DNA of 64,000 bases, taken from NCBI GenBank assembly GCA_951406725.2, contig OX597829.1, forward strand, positions 8,494,001-8,558,000. The letters run 5' to 3'. The stretch comes from Octopus vulgaris (Eukaryota). Shown piece after piece: positions 40,250 to 52,860 of the stretch; position 1 is the stretch's first letter, and the number at the start of each line of letters is the position of its first letter. A model generated the notes under the pieces. The model made no database searches. It worked only from the letters and a program-made list of their open reading frames with translations, and was not told where the DNA came from. Made by a program: the position numbers and the translations under genes.

Positions 40250-41190
40250 AATGATTTCTGAGATAAGGAAGACAAAATGTCAAATTGGTAGTAAAGACCA
40301 CACTAGTAGTAATTGAGCAACTAATGTCTAACGGAAATTTCTTGCCAGTTCCGATTCTTTGATGTTCATGAGAACCTTTAGATACAACAGTTTGAAAAAT
40401 TGACTGGAGTTCAATGCTGTAGGGTGTTTCGGACTAACCAAGTTGGAAGGTTCTTACGCTAATGTGGAAGAATTACTGTATTTGTTCTTCAATTTTTACT
40501 CTTTACTTTTTTTTATATATTTACACTACGCAACAAAGATGTTTAGCTACCGAGAATATCTCAATAAAATTGAAACCTTTTTAGTGTACTTGATCTGATC
40601 AAGCCATTAGTGTTGCCAAAGCTTGTGAATCAATAGATACCCATTAAAAAGGATACCATTAAAAAGGCTTGTGAATTTTAATAGCTGTAGGAGGATTATG
40701 TTTATTTGTATCGCTTTTGTCTCAAACAACTTAATTTTTAACATTATCTTATCTTTAATAAAAAATGGTTTAAGTAAATTAGTATTTCATCACGAAGAAG
40801 CTTAAATAATACTAATACATTTTCTTACATTTGTGGCAGATAAGTTTTGCAAAACAAATGGTAAATGTTTCTTTGTGATAAAAGCATACCAAGCAAACCT
40901 TGAAAGGAGAACATACATTACTGAAAAGGTTGCGATTGTTTAACGAACACTTTAAACAGTCGACCGATGAGGTATTTATCAGATTGACTAACAATAAACA
41001 AGTGGTATTGAACCAGCGCGTATCCCATTTACTTTGGAGGGAAAGTTCTTCAATATAAATTTTGGGATCGTAATGACACTTACAAAATATATGTAAAATT
41101 CCTGAGACAATAGAAATATGGAAAAAGGAAATGTTTGAAAAATGTTATGCCTATGTTATGGAGAAAAACAGAACCTATAATGTTTGTTAG
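40250..41190 (-). mobile_element. Possible, very degraded hAT transposase remnant
   Basis: WDTRW near 41020 and a SN....RFS..I-like C-terminal motif near 40380; weak. Confidence 0.3.
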
Positions 41191-41214
41191 TTTTCTGTTG
41201 ATGTGGAAGTGTTC

Positions 41215-41900
41215 GATTACTTAAAAAAAAGGGTAGCGGTCCATAAAGAACAGATAAATCTCCCACAATACCGTCAAATTCCACTAAGTAACCACATAGA
41301 CTCTTGCACTAGAGATAAAAATCCCAAATTTTATATATTTCCTTTCTACCAATGTAAAGACAGAATCTCTACACAAGAAAGAATCAACAAGGAGAATCTG
41401 TTTATTGAAAAATTCCAAACGCGTCTTAATATGCAAACTCCACGATGACCATACTCCTTTTCTAGCATCCTATCTGACAAAAAATTGATATAAGCATCCT
41501 GTTTGACAAAAAATCCATCATTCCAATTAAAGAGCATAAAATCCACAGAATTGTCTCCCCTTACTCACAGGAACTGGATAACTCTTACCCCAATTCCTGT
41601 TTTGACACACATCACCCAACCCTTTTAAACTAAGCACCACTTTAAAGCACATGGATCTTAATCCTCCAAAGAAGTTTTTCCAAGGACTATTATTGAACTC
41701 TAAAAGCATAAAGACTCTACAATGCATTGGTATACTTATTTATCAATTTTTGTTTATATGTATTATTATTTTTTGAAAAAACATTGTAAATTTCTTTTTC
41801 CCCCTTCCTCAATTTAAAAAAAATTCCTTTTCTCCTTTCAAATCTTGAAAATTTGCCTTGCAATAAAAACCGGATGGGTTTATTATTTTTCTTCTTTTTT
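41215..41900 (+). mobile_element. Penelope-like endonuclease C-terminus and 3' region
   Basis: LKKRVAVHKEQI..YRQIPLSNHID..IFPFYQC..RINKENLFIEKFQTRLN, homologous to ORF 36926..37132. Confidence 0.75.
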
Positions 41901-41973
41901 AATTTTCCATACCCCCATTTTTATTAAAATTTACTTTCAATTTAGCATTCTGACATTATAATTTTTCCTCTCC

Positions 41974-42055
<82 letters not shown>

Positions 42056-42976
42056 CCTTTCAGGCTTTGGTATATTCATGTGTTTGTGAGTTGATTCTCG
42101 TTGAAAATGGAATGGGGCATGGTATCTTTCTATATTGGGCATCAAAAAAGTAACATGCCTTTCTAGAGATAAAAGTGGTTGAAAATGTGATTCAAGTGTG
42201 AGTCTTGTGAATGTTGAAGAAGTTCAATTAAGGAAGAAGATAAAGATTTACGTTTTATCTAATGCGAGAATGAAAGAGGCGTCAGCTGTAATCTCTTATG
42301 AGATTACCTGATAACTGATAGATTACTAATTTGAGTTCGTTCACTGGACTTATGTTCTTTTTCTATATTCTATATCAAATCAGTTTCAATAATAAAGATG
42401 CAGTGTATATAAATATATGCATGACTGACATTTATGTATGCCAAATATTTCGAAACTAGTCTCTAATTCTTTGAAATACGGAGAAAATAATTATCAAATA
42501 CGGTTGCATTATATTTACGTCAGGGCAGGCAATGGAAAACTATATTCAAAACACCCGTTGTCGTTCATATAAATACCGTGATGGAAAGAAAATATTATGC
42601 TCATGTGTTTGGATGTACGTGTCAGAATGCATTTTTTAATTCATATGTTATTCAGTTCCAGTAAAGGCATCATTCTCCTAAATTCTAGTCAATTCCATCG
42701 ACTTTTCCCTTAAAGTTATCTGTAAGAAGATTTGTAGTAGTAGTAGTAGTAGTAGTAGTTGTTGTTGTTGGTGTTGTTGCTGTTGCTGATGTTGTTGTTG
42801 TTGCTGTTGTAGTTACTTAAGATGAGAATGCATGTTTTAAATTCGTTTATGATTTGCACTTTTAGATGCTTCAAATAAATAACTGTAGATTTATCTTACA
42901 TTTCACATTTTTAGGCATATTTCAGTATTTTGTGTGGGTATATATATGTGTATATATATGTATATATATGTATATG

Positions 42977-43059
<83 letters not shown>

Positions 43060-43060
<1 letters not shown>

Positions 43061-43185
43061 AACTGAAACAACACGAAATAAAGTGTCTTGCTCAAGAACA
43101 CAACACAAAGCCCGGTCAGGGAATCGAACTCACTTCTATATGATTGTGAGACCAATGCTCTAACCACTGAGCCATGCACCCTCAC
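43060..43185 (-). mobile_element. tRNA-derived SINE head
   Basis: Minus strand: tggctcagtggttagagc...gagttcgattccc...gtgttcttgagcaagacacttta. Confidence 0.75.
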
Positions 43186-43757
43186 TTGCAGGATAAGCAT
43201 GTAAGCATGTAAGATATCTCCTATTAAAAGTTCTTGCGACAGAGAATCAAATAACACAAAATATACATTTGGATGAAGCATTTCTAAAATGTTGAAAATA
43301 ATGAATCGTATTGGTAGTTGAAGAAAGAATAAAAGGGCCAATCAAGTAGAACAGAAAGGAAACAGAGAGAGATATAGAGAGAGGGAAAGAGAAAGGAAGT
43401 AGGAGTGAGAGTTACGGATTGAAGAAATGCACACATACATCAGTGTACACACGTGCACACACATACGCACACACACATACACACACACGCACACACACAC
43501 ATGTATATATGTATATACAAATGCACACATACATACACACTTTTACGCACAAATGCACAAACACACTCACACAGACAAACACACATACATACATACAGAT
43601 ACACATACACACATTTGCACATACACACACACACACAAGCTACATGCATATGTGAGAAGAAACATACCTATTCGCACACATATACATATACTTTGCATAT
43701 ATAGAAAATCACGCGCATATTCAAATCCAAATGGACAAATACAGATTTATGATTGTA

Positions 43758-43940
43758 CATACATACATACATACATACATACATACATACATACATACAT
43801 ACATACATACATACATACATACATACATACATACATACATACATACATACATACATACATACATACATACATACATACATACATACATACATACATACAT
43901 ACATACATACATACATGCATACATACATACATACATACAT
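43758..43940. repeat. (CATA)n microsatellite
   Basis: Read directly from the sequence. Confidence 0.97.
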
Positions 43941-44012
43941 ATATACACACACATTTACATAAACATATAATTATCACACACTTTCACAAACACAAAGCTT
44001 AAATACATTAAT

Positions 44013-44391
44013 CCTTTCTACTATTGGCACAAGGCCTGAAATTTGTGGAGAGGGGACTAGTCGATTACATCAGCCACAGTGCGTAACTGGTACTCAATTT
44101 ATCGAGCCGACCTCGGCGGAATTTGAACTCAGGACGTAGAGACGGGCGAAATACCTATTTCTTTACTACCCACAAGGGGCTAAATACAGAGAGGACAAAC
44201 AAGAACAGACAAACGAATAAAGTCGATTATATCGACCCCAGTGCGTAACTGGTACTTATTTAATCGACTCCGAAAGGATGAAAAGCAAAGTCGACCTCCT
44301 CGACGGAATTTGAACTCAGTACGTAACCGCAGACGAAATACCACTAAGCATTTCGCCCGGCGTGCTAACGTTTCTACTGGCTCGCCGCCTT
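44013..44391 (-). mobile_element. SINE with two internal units (same family as 39288-39893) and a 19-bp TSD
   Basis: TSD aaagctta(a/g)atacattaat at 43994-44012 and 44392-44410. Confidence 0.9.
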
Positions 44392-44671
44392 AAAGCTTAG
44401 ATACATTAATACGATGATACATATATTTTAATTTACATAAATTCATATACAAAGCAAAAAACGCGCGTCTTCATATTATAAAAAATAAATAAAACAGTCT
44501 TGGTAGGGAAAATCGTATAGATACAATTAGATTTAAACTACGTATGTTGTTAGAAACGTTTCTTAAACTAGTTTCTTCTCACACAATTTATACAAAACCT
44601 AAAAAGCATTTTATGCGTCCGTATCGACAGACGTTCATACACACACACACACACACAAAAATACACTCTTT

Positions 44672-45110
44672 ATCTATATAAATATAAATGACAATTTCAG
44701 TCTATTTGTGGCTATGTGTGTGTGTGTGTGTGTGTGAATTTGTGAAATTGTTACTATAACTCTTCCGAAACTGCCCAATCGATCTTGACGAAGCTTCACA
44801 CGCGCGCGCGCGCATGTGTGTGTATGTGGTGATTGTGGTGGGGCTTATATCTATGCAGTTACTTTCGCACTTGGATTTTGAAAAAATCGACTATTTTTAA
44901 TCAGCATCGATTTTTGAAACATCAATGGGCTGTTTCAATACAGATTCTGATATAAATGTTTTTTTCTGCCATAACTTTTAAAGTTTATAACTGATTTTCT
45001 TGAAATTTCATACACAGATGGGTAGGTTATCTTAAGCAAAGCGTAAGATAATTTTTGATTAACTGATTAACGAAATTTGGCCTAAACTGTTGTGGAGTTA
45101 AAATGTTCAA
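44672..45110 (+). mobile_element. Helitron-like non-autonomous 5' fragment
   Basis: A|TCTATATAAATATAAA, then (GT)n and aaactgcccaatcgatcttgacgaa, similar in layout to 21222 and 47413. Confidence 0.45.
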
Positions 45111-45151
45111 CAATTATTTCGTATATATATGTATATGCAAAGATGTAAATA

Positions 45152-45538
45152 GGCGCAGGAGTGGCTGTGTGGTAAGTAGATTGCTAACCAACCACATGGT
45201 TCCGGGTTCAGTCCCACTGCGTGGCATCTTGGGCAAGTGTCTTCTGCTATAGCCTTGAGAGTGGATTTGGTAGACGGAAACTGAAAGAAGCCTTTCGTAT
45301 ATATGTATATATATGTATATATGTGTATGTGTGTGTTTGTGTGTGTTTGTCTCCCTAGCATTACTTGACAACCGATGCTGGTGTGTTTACGTCCCCGTCA
45401 CCTAGCGGTTCGGCAAAAGAGACCGATAGAATAAGTACTGGGCTTACAAAGAATAAGTCCCGGGGTCGATTTGCTCGACTAAAGGCGGTGCTCCAGCATG
45501 GCCGCAGTCAAATGACTGAAACAAGTAAAAGAGTAAAA
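45152..45538 (+). mobile_element. Near-complete tRNA-derived SINE
   Basis: A/B boxes tggctgtgtggt and ggttcagtccc; internal microsatellite; (gtaaaaga) tail; four related copies in the window. Confidence 0.9.
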
Positions 45539-46174
45539 CGGTTCATGCCAGGGCTAATCTTACATGGCATGCAGTTATCATATGGCATTCTCCTCCGAAT
45601 GCTCTGAAGAAGATCAAACTCAACATTAAGATTGTTGAAAAGCCAGGGAAATCCATCAGATCACAACTCTGTAGGACGTACCCCTTTGAGAATACCATAT
45701 GCATCATTACGATTATCTATATAGATATTTTATAGAAATCATAGCCAACACGCATTTGTTACGATGTTCCGTATCCGAATACGCTCAATGTAGAAAACAA
45801 TGCAATCGAAGAAAGAATATGTAATAGGTGTATAGGCCATATTTCAGTAGATTTAGCTACATCTAAAGCATGACCCATCCACTAACTCATTGCTTACATA
45901 GCCACTAAATACAGCGGTGGGCATGTTATGTATTAAAACGTGCGCATGCATAAAGTGCATGTACAAACTTTCAATTGGATGTTGCGTCAGAGCACACATA
46001 CTCCTGCAAGATTTGTCTGCCGCTGGCGTTAGCTATAATGTGCTTTTATGCAACATATAAAAAATATGAGAGTTTTCTCTCTTGATAAATATTGCAGTAT
46101 ATGTGTGTTCTAATGCAACATCCACTTTTAAGTGGTGAATATTTCCCCTTTGGGTATTAATACTATCTCTGTCG

Positions 46175-46270
<96 letters not shown>

Positions 46271-46899
46271 ACACAGACACAGACTCACCTATGAGAATTT
46301 TTATGGGAGTTTGAAAATTCACATGAAACTCAAATCCTGTTGTTGTTTTGAAATTCTGTCATAGACTTATTCAAATACCAAACCGGTATATTTTGCCTAT
46401 CAATATTTTGTTATTAATAGTACAAATAACTCAATCAATAAATAAATAAAGGATTTAGAAGAGTTTAAATTTACAAGGTAAAAATCGGAAAAACATGTTT
46501 CTTAACTGAACATTTACGTTGCTTTGGTTGAGAAATTTTTGTGAACATTTAATCGTTTAAACATTAAACATTAAACACTGCTGGGAAATTTTTGACTGAA
46601 GCTCTCATGGGACTAAACAGTGACCCAATTTCTGTATGCGTTCACGGTTTTCAAACATTCGTAGACCAGTAACCGCATTTATTTCATCATAGATATGACA
46701 TTCCTTATGTAATACAAAAGAGAATAATCAGGATTATTATTATGATTGCACTTTCGTAAACACGAAAGTGTGATAAAGTGATCTTGACTCGAAATATATC
46801 ACACACTTATGAATATACATATTATTATGTTGAAATTAACAGAAGGGAAAGCGGCTGCATCTAATGAGAAATGAAAAACTGGTAGACATAATGTTCTTC

Positions 46900-47411
46900 A
46901 AGAATCTGTAGGAAGATTTTAATTGCTGAGTTAGGACAGATACTAATCATAATGACAGCTTTAGCCTCAACAATGGTGTCCATCAATGCAGTATCCTCTT
47001 TCTGTTTCCGCCTGTGACTAACTAATGAAGAAGGTAACCAACGTGAGTATTTCAGAAGTGTGGTGAAGAGAAATTGGAAAGACTTGCGACCTGCTCTTTA
47101 CCGATGAAATTGCTCTGCTAGTTGAAACAAGAGTTGTACTGTAAGCACTAAGTACCAGATTCAAAGAATGAATCAAGAAAATCAGGTTCATAAATAGCTG
47201 TGAAAAAAAAGGAAAACAAGTCCAGAGAGATGCAAATTAATGCCACAAACCAAACTTTCATTTTCACCTAACAACTACATTTGGAAGATGTCAAAAGTTT
47301 CTCTTACCTGGACAGTGTAAGTATAGATAGTGGGGTGAACTGCAGAGTTGGCAACGCAGCGTCATATTCTAGCGTAACGCAAAAATTAGGCTGAGATAAA
47401 GATCTTGTTAT
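46900..47411 (+). mobile_element. Degraded RTE-type RT fragment, apparently continued at 48821-49130
   Basis: DLLFTDEIALL, LEDVKSFSYLDSV; after the Helitron, RITWSDKI..NETVLR. Confidence 0.55.
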
Positions 47412-47412
47412 A

Positions 47413-48819
47413 TCTCTCTATATATAAAACTGAAAATGTGTGTGTGTGTGTCTGTCTGTCTGTCTGTCTCCCTAAAACTTGATAACTACGCAACCAATTT
47501 CATTCAAATTTCACACATGCCTTACTTAGGGTCCGGGGAGTGTCATCGGCAAAAACATTTTTAACTTTTTGCCTAGGGCGAGCCCACAGTAATATCATAT
47601 CTTCTCCACTCTGATTCCCTAAAACTTGAGAACTACAGAACCTGTTTCATTCAAATTTTACACACGCCTTACTTAGGGTCCATGTAGTATCATGGGGAAA
47701 AAATGTTTAACTTCTTGCCTAGAGCGAGCCCACAGCAGTATCGTATCTTCTCCACTATTTCAGTATTACGTGTTAAAAGTGAAACAAAAATATGTCTCTA
47801 TTGTATGTATGTGGATGTACATATATATATATATATTACAAAATATAAAGTTATATCTTGAGATCGTTAGTGACAACAACGCTCAAAATATATAACAGAC
47901 TGGAACAGTAGTGCTCAAATAAGCTGTATACACTTTTTAATCCGAGGGGAGGCAATGCGAGCAGCAACTACAAAAGCCCTACAAAATCCACAGAAAGATC
48001 AAACACATACATATATTCATATATTCATTTATATCTACAGAACAGATATAAAGCCCGACGTTTAGAAATATATAGTAATATATAAATATATAAACATCAT
48101 ATAAAAATATATTGTACGCATAAGATCCCCTCGACGTTCCATAAGAAATTTAGAAATGAAAATTGCAATAAAAGTTAGAGGTAATAATAACAATTGAATT
48201 AAATATAGTAAATATAGTAAGTAGTAATTAAATATATTTTATTTTATTAAAATGGTAATTAAATCGTTATATAACAATTAAAAGAAAAAATAGCAATTAG
48301 TATAAAATGTATCAAGGACTTGAACTCGAATATGTGGCTTTGCATGAATGGGAGAAATTAAAAGATGAAAATTTTAATTGAGTGCAGAAGTGAATTAATC
48401 CAGATGGGGCTGTGCTCATATCATTTACTATAGCTGCTAGATTGAATTATATACTTATAAAGTAGCATTCAGTATCTATGAGAATTTTTGGGAGTACGTA
48501 ATGTCTGGTCTTTCGCATGTAGCAGGTATGTAATTGTCCATTTGTTTCCGTGTACTATGTGTTGTGTGTAAAAAACATCCTGACGAGGGGAGTGTCAATT
48601 TTAAATATATAATATGTTTCATATTAATTGATGCATCTCCATAGATGAACTTTTACGTATTTTTGTAAATTTGTATATTTATCTTCTATGTATTTTTCTC
48701 TGGAATTTTAATTCATCTTTTTAATATGTCATTGTATGTTTTATTACCACAAATTTTTAATTTAACAACTTTATACCAAACTAGCACTATGACCTGGCAA
48801 CGCCGGGTCATAATGCTAG
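47413..48819 (+). mobile_element. Non-autonomous Helitron with an about 147-bp internal tandem repeat
   Basis: A|TCTCTCTATATATAAAACTG ... cctggcaacgccggg-tcataatg-CTAG|T; ccctaaaacttga starts at both 47470 and 47617. Confidence 0.7.
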
Positions 48820-49822
48820 TAGTGCTATAATTTTGCCAGTGGTTCCTTATGACAGTAAGAATGGAAGATGATAACGAAAAAGACGGACATATAAACAACA
48901 TCTATGCAAAAATTTCCAGAATAACCTGGTCTGATAAAATTATATTTAATGAAACTGTTCTGCGAAGTTGGTCGCAGCCCACTACTAAACTTTGTGGAAC
49001 TGCGTTGGTTCTTTTGCTCATTTAGTCATTCGGGATGCAAAAATTGAACTGGACAGCAGGAGAATAAAAATACGAAAATAGCCATCTAGCATGCATATTC
49101 CGAGAAGAAATTAAACGTACGAGAGCCATTTGGAGAAGAGGAGGATGAATTGCATCAGTTCGACCATGTTAGAAAAAGCCTGCTCGTTTATGCTTTTCGC
49201 AATGCGAGAAGACCTCTCTCTAGTAAGACTAATGTTCACGACTTGCGAAAGGGTTATTACTGAATTAGTAAAGGAAATTTTTGCAAGAATTGCGTATAAA
49301 ATATTTATTTCCAAGAACGGTCTTATTTTATTAAATTATTGTAATTTGTTTCGTCATAAAACTTATGGATCTCAGCAAAAGATATTTTAAAGTTTTGTAA
49401 AGAATAGCCTTTTGCCTACACCAAATATCTAATTTAATGGCTATGGTTTTTCTGGTCAAGCCGTTACTTCTCAGCATTGAGAAGTCTCAGCTCTGCAACT
49501 ACGGACATTTCATTAGAATGTCACAAGAAGGAATCGCAAAATTCTTCAGATTGTGCTAGCCAGCAGGAGACCTAGGAGTATAGATCAAGATGGAAAGTAT
49601 TATATTTGCTTCTGTTTGGATACCATGGAGAGGACTGAGGAATCTATTATTACGACCCTCCCATGCAGGAAAAGCGGAGGCAAAAAATGGTTGAAGGGAT
49701 GTTATCTTAAGAGGCAAGTACTTTGCGCTTCAGTTTACTCACCTTTCGAGAAAGAGTAGTGATCTCCTCCCCTTCCTCCTCCTCCTCCTCCTCCTTCAAC
49801 TACTACTACTACTACTACCACC

Positions 49823-49869
<47 letters not shown>

Positions 49870-49906
49870 CACTACTACTGCTACTTACTATAAATAAAGA
49901 AATCCT

Positions 49907-49937
<31 letters not shown>

Positions 49938-49939
<2 letters not shown>

Positions 49940-51407
49940 GAATTAGACCAAAGCCAAACTTACAAATACTTAGGAATCCATGAACTAGATAAGACACAAC
50001 ACACACAAATGAAAGAGAAAATAAAAAAAGAATATTATAGACGAGTTAGATCAATACTAAAAACAGAGATCAATGCTAAAAACAAGATAATAGGTATCAA
50101 CACTTTAGCTGTCCCAGTTATAAGTTACAGCTACAATATCCTTAACTGGACACGAAATGAACTGTCCAAAATAGATAGGAAAACAAGAAAAATACTGACA
50201 GGATCTAGGATGCATCACCCAAAATCTGACATAGAAAGACTATATATACAACGTATAGAAGGTGGTAGAGGCCTTATACAGCTGGAAAACTACTATAAAA
50301 TAACCACCATAGGACTGCAAAAATACCTACTTCAGAAGGAAGGAAAACTGATCCAGATAGCGGCAAAACACGAGCAAAACAAAAAACTGTTCTCAGTATT
50401 TAAGGAAGCTGACAAATACAAACAAGAAATCATACCACCTAATAAACACAAAGAAGAAGAAGAAGATGATGAAGAAACAACAAAAGCTATAAAACAAATG
50501 AAATCCAAACTAAAAATAGAACAGCAACGAGCCATGATAAAACGATGGCAAGAAAAACCCCTTCATGGTAAATACTGCACTAAACTAAACGCAAAAGAAA
50601 TAGACAAAGAAAAATCCCAGCAATGGTTGAGAAGCTCAGGACTCAAAGCAGAAACAGAGGGATTTTTAATTGCAGCACAAGACCAAAGCCTCCCCACCAG
50701 AAATTACCAAAAACATGTAATGAAAAGAAATATTACAAGTAACTGCAGAATATGTGGAGATGGACAAGAAACAATAAATCATATTATCTCTAGCTGCCCA
50801 GTCCTGGCTAAGAAGGAATATATTCACAGACATGACAGAGTTGGAACCTACATACATTGGAAGCTATGCCAACATTATGGAATAACAACAGAAAAAAGAT
50901 GGTATAGGCACATACCAGAAAAGGTCACAGAAAACGAGAAAGCAACCATACTCTGGGATATGCCGATACACACAAATAGAGAAATTAAGGCCAACAGACC
51001 AGATATAGTTGTCAGAGATCATGAAGAAAAAAAATGCTTTCTAATTGATGTATCAATACCGGCTGATGACAACGTGTCTCTAAAAGAAATGGAGAAACTC
51101 TCAAAATACAAAGACCTGGAAATAGAGGTAACTAGAATGTGGAATCTGAAAACAGAAACAATTCCTATCATAGTAGGTGCATTAGGCATGATAAAAAAAT
51201 ATTCAGACAAATACATAACAAAAACACCAGGACTTACAAACACATATAACATACAGAAAATTGCACTACTAGGCACTGCACACATCCTACGCAGAACACT
51301 TTCCATACAATAACCATCAGAGCATCACAACAAATCACAGCACATACCCAAGGCACACAGAGCTGCGCTCGGTAGTGAAGTGAAAGCACGCTATAAAAAT
51401 AAAACTA

Positions 51408-51410
<3 letters not shown>
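49938..51410 (+). mobile_element. Young 5'-truncated R4/Dong subfamily B copy flanked by (TAA)n on both sides
   Basis: Uninterrupted ORF, about 100-bp 3' UTR, (TAA)n at 49908-49937 and 51411-51443. Confidence 0.95.
50009..51313 (+). CDS. R4/Dong ORF C-terminal part: thumb, CCHC knuckle and PD-(D/E)xK restriction-like endonuclease (no RT core)
   Basis: GGRGL, AAQDQ, CRICGDGQETINHIISSC, RHD, RPDIV..IDVSIP..EKLSKY. Confidence 0.9.
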   Translation: MKEKIKKEYYRRVRSILKTEINAKNKIIGINTLAVPVISYSYNILNWTRNELSKIDRKTRKILTGSRMHHPKSDIERLYIQRIEGGRGLIQLENYYKITTIGLQKYLLQKEGKLIQIAAKHEQNKKLFSVFKEADKYKQEIIPPNKHKEEEEDDEETTKAIKQMKSKLKIEQQRAMIKRWQEKPLHGKYCTKLNAKEIDKEKSQQWLRSSGLKAETEGFLIAAQDQSLPTRNYQKHVMKRNITSNCRICGDGQETINHIISSCPVLAKKEYIHRHDRVGTYIHWKLCQHYGITTEKRWYRHIPEKVTENEKATILWDMPIHTNREIKANRPDIVVRDHEEKKCFLIDVSIPADDNVSLKEMEKLSKYKDLEIEVTRMWNLKTETIPIIVGALGMIKKYSDKYITKTPGLTNTYNIQKIALLGTAHILRRTLSIQ

Positions 51411-51443
<33 letters not shown>

Positions 51444-51472
51444 TATTATTATTATTATTATTATTATTATTT

Positions 51473-52860
51473 GCGTTATTGTTGCTTTTTTGCATACTAT
51501 CTATTTCCATATTCCACCCAAGTAACAGGATGTTGGACCTATGAGTGTTATTTACGATTAGATATAATATACCGCACAAGAAGAGGACCAGAATCCGAGA
51601 ACTAGTATTCGATTAAACTTGTAAGATTTCAATTTTGAAAGAGTATTAAGAGAATCACGTGTTTACAAGTTGCTAATGCTCTTCTTAGTATGTGAGCAGT
51701 ATCCATGAAAACAATTGCTTGCATTTCTGATGTCTTGTGTTTTCCTGGTATGTGATCATAGTGTTTAAGAGCATCTTTTGGTATTGTCCTCACAGACCCG
51801 ATTATCGCATGTACTATTGTTCTTAGATGCCACATTTTTGAGACTTCTATTTCAAGGTCCTTATATTTACTTACATTTTCAATCGTTTTTACACAAGTGT
51901 TGCAATCTGCTGAAACTGAAAAATCTGTGACCAAACAAGTTTTGTCAACGTGATATTTTGCCACAATTACTAGCGTATTGACCTGAATATCAAGGTCAAG
52001 TTGCATGCCCTAACGAACGGTGATATCTTTCTTTTCTTCTACGTTTGGCAGGTTTATGTTTTCACCATTTCTTCTCATATGGAAATCCGGACTTATAATC
52101 TTTCATCCAGTGCAAATACTGGCCAAGTCAATTATGGCGATTAATTTATTCATGTGAAGCAAACATAGAGCATCAAGAGATGCATTTGTTAATTGTTTCC
52201 CTTGCTGAACCACAAAAACGGCAGGTAGGATTAGCACCATTTTTAAGAATGCATAATTGGGCAGACACTGATCCTCATCTGCTATAACGAAACCCTCTAT
52301 TTCTGATTTAAGTCCGGGTGCGGTTACCCATTGATAGCTCACATTTATATTTACATCATGATCGTTGGCTCCTGTAGAGTATTTGTCAGGTAGTGCTTTA
52401 AATTTCCATGTATCTTGCAGCACTGAAATTCCATTTAATCTAGATTAAGTTTTTTTCTGTTTTTCTATCAGTGTGAGTTCTTCTGTTTCATCAAGTCGCG
52501 CATTAAAGTCGTTGATTCTTGTACATACTTTTTAGCTTTTTCTGATATTGAGGACATTTTTTAAAACTTCCTTACTTGCACCCAGTCGTTGGGTGTTCTT
52601 TAGATAACTGTATGCCCTATTGGCTGCTGTCTTCTGAGACAGCTGCAGTAATTCACGTCGTCCACCTTTTATGGGTTGTATATTCTATCTACATATGTCT
52701 TTGGGTGATGCATGTAGAAGAGAACTTGCATATTTTTGTATCAGTTTCACTGATAGACCATTTTATGATTTTAAAGCTGTAGGTAACAAAAAGTATAGCT
52801 ACGATATGGATTGTATCAATGCTATTTCTCGCATTAAGATTGATTTTTAAGACGCTTGCT
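51473..52860 (-). mobile_element. Degraded R4/Dong-type copy, tail-to-tail with 49938-51410
   Basis: GLKSEIEGFVIADEDQCLP, VSKYKDLEIEVSKMWHL, MDTAHILRRAL; (TTA)n at 51443-51472. Confidence 0.85.
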
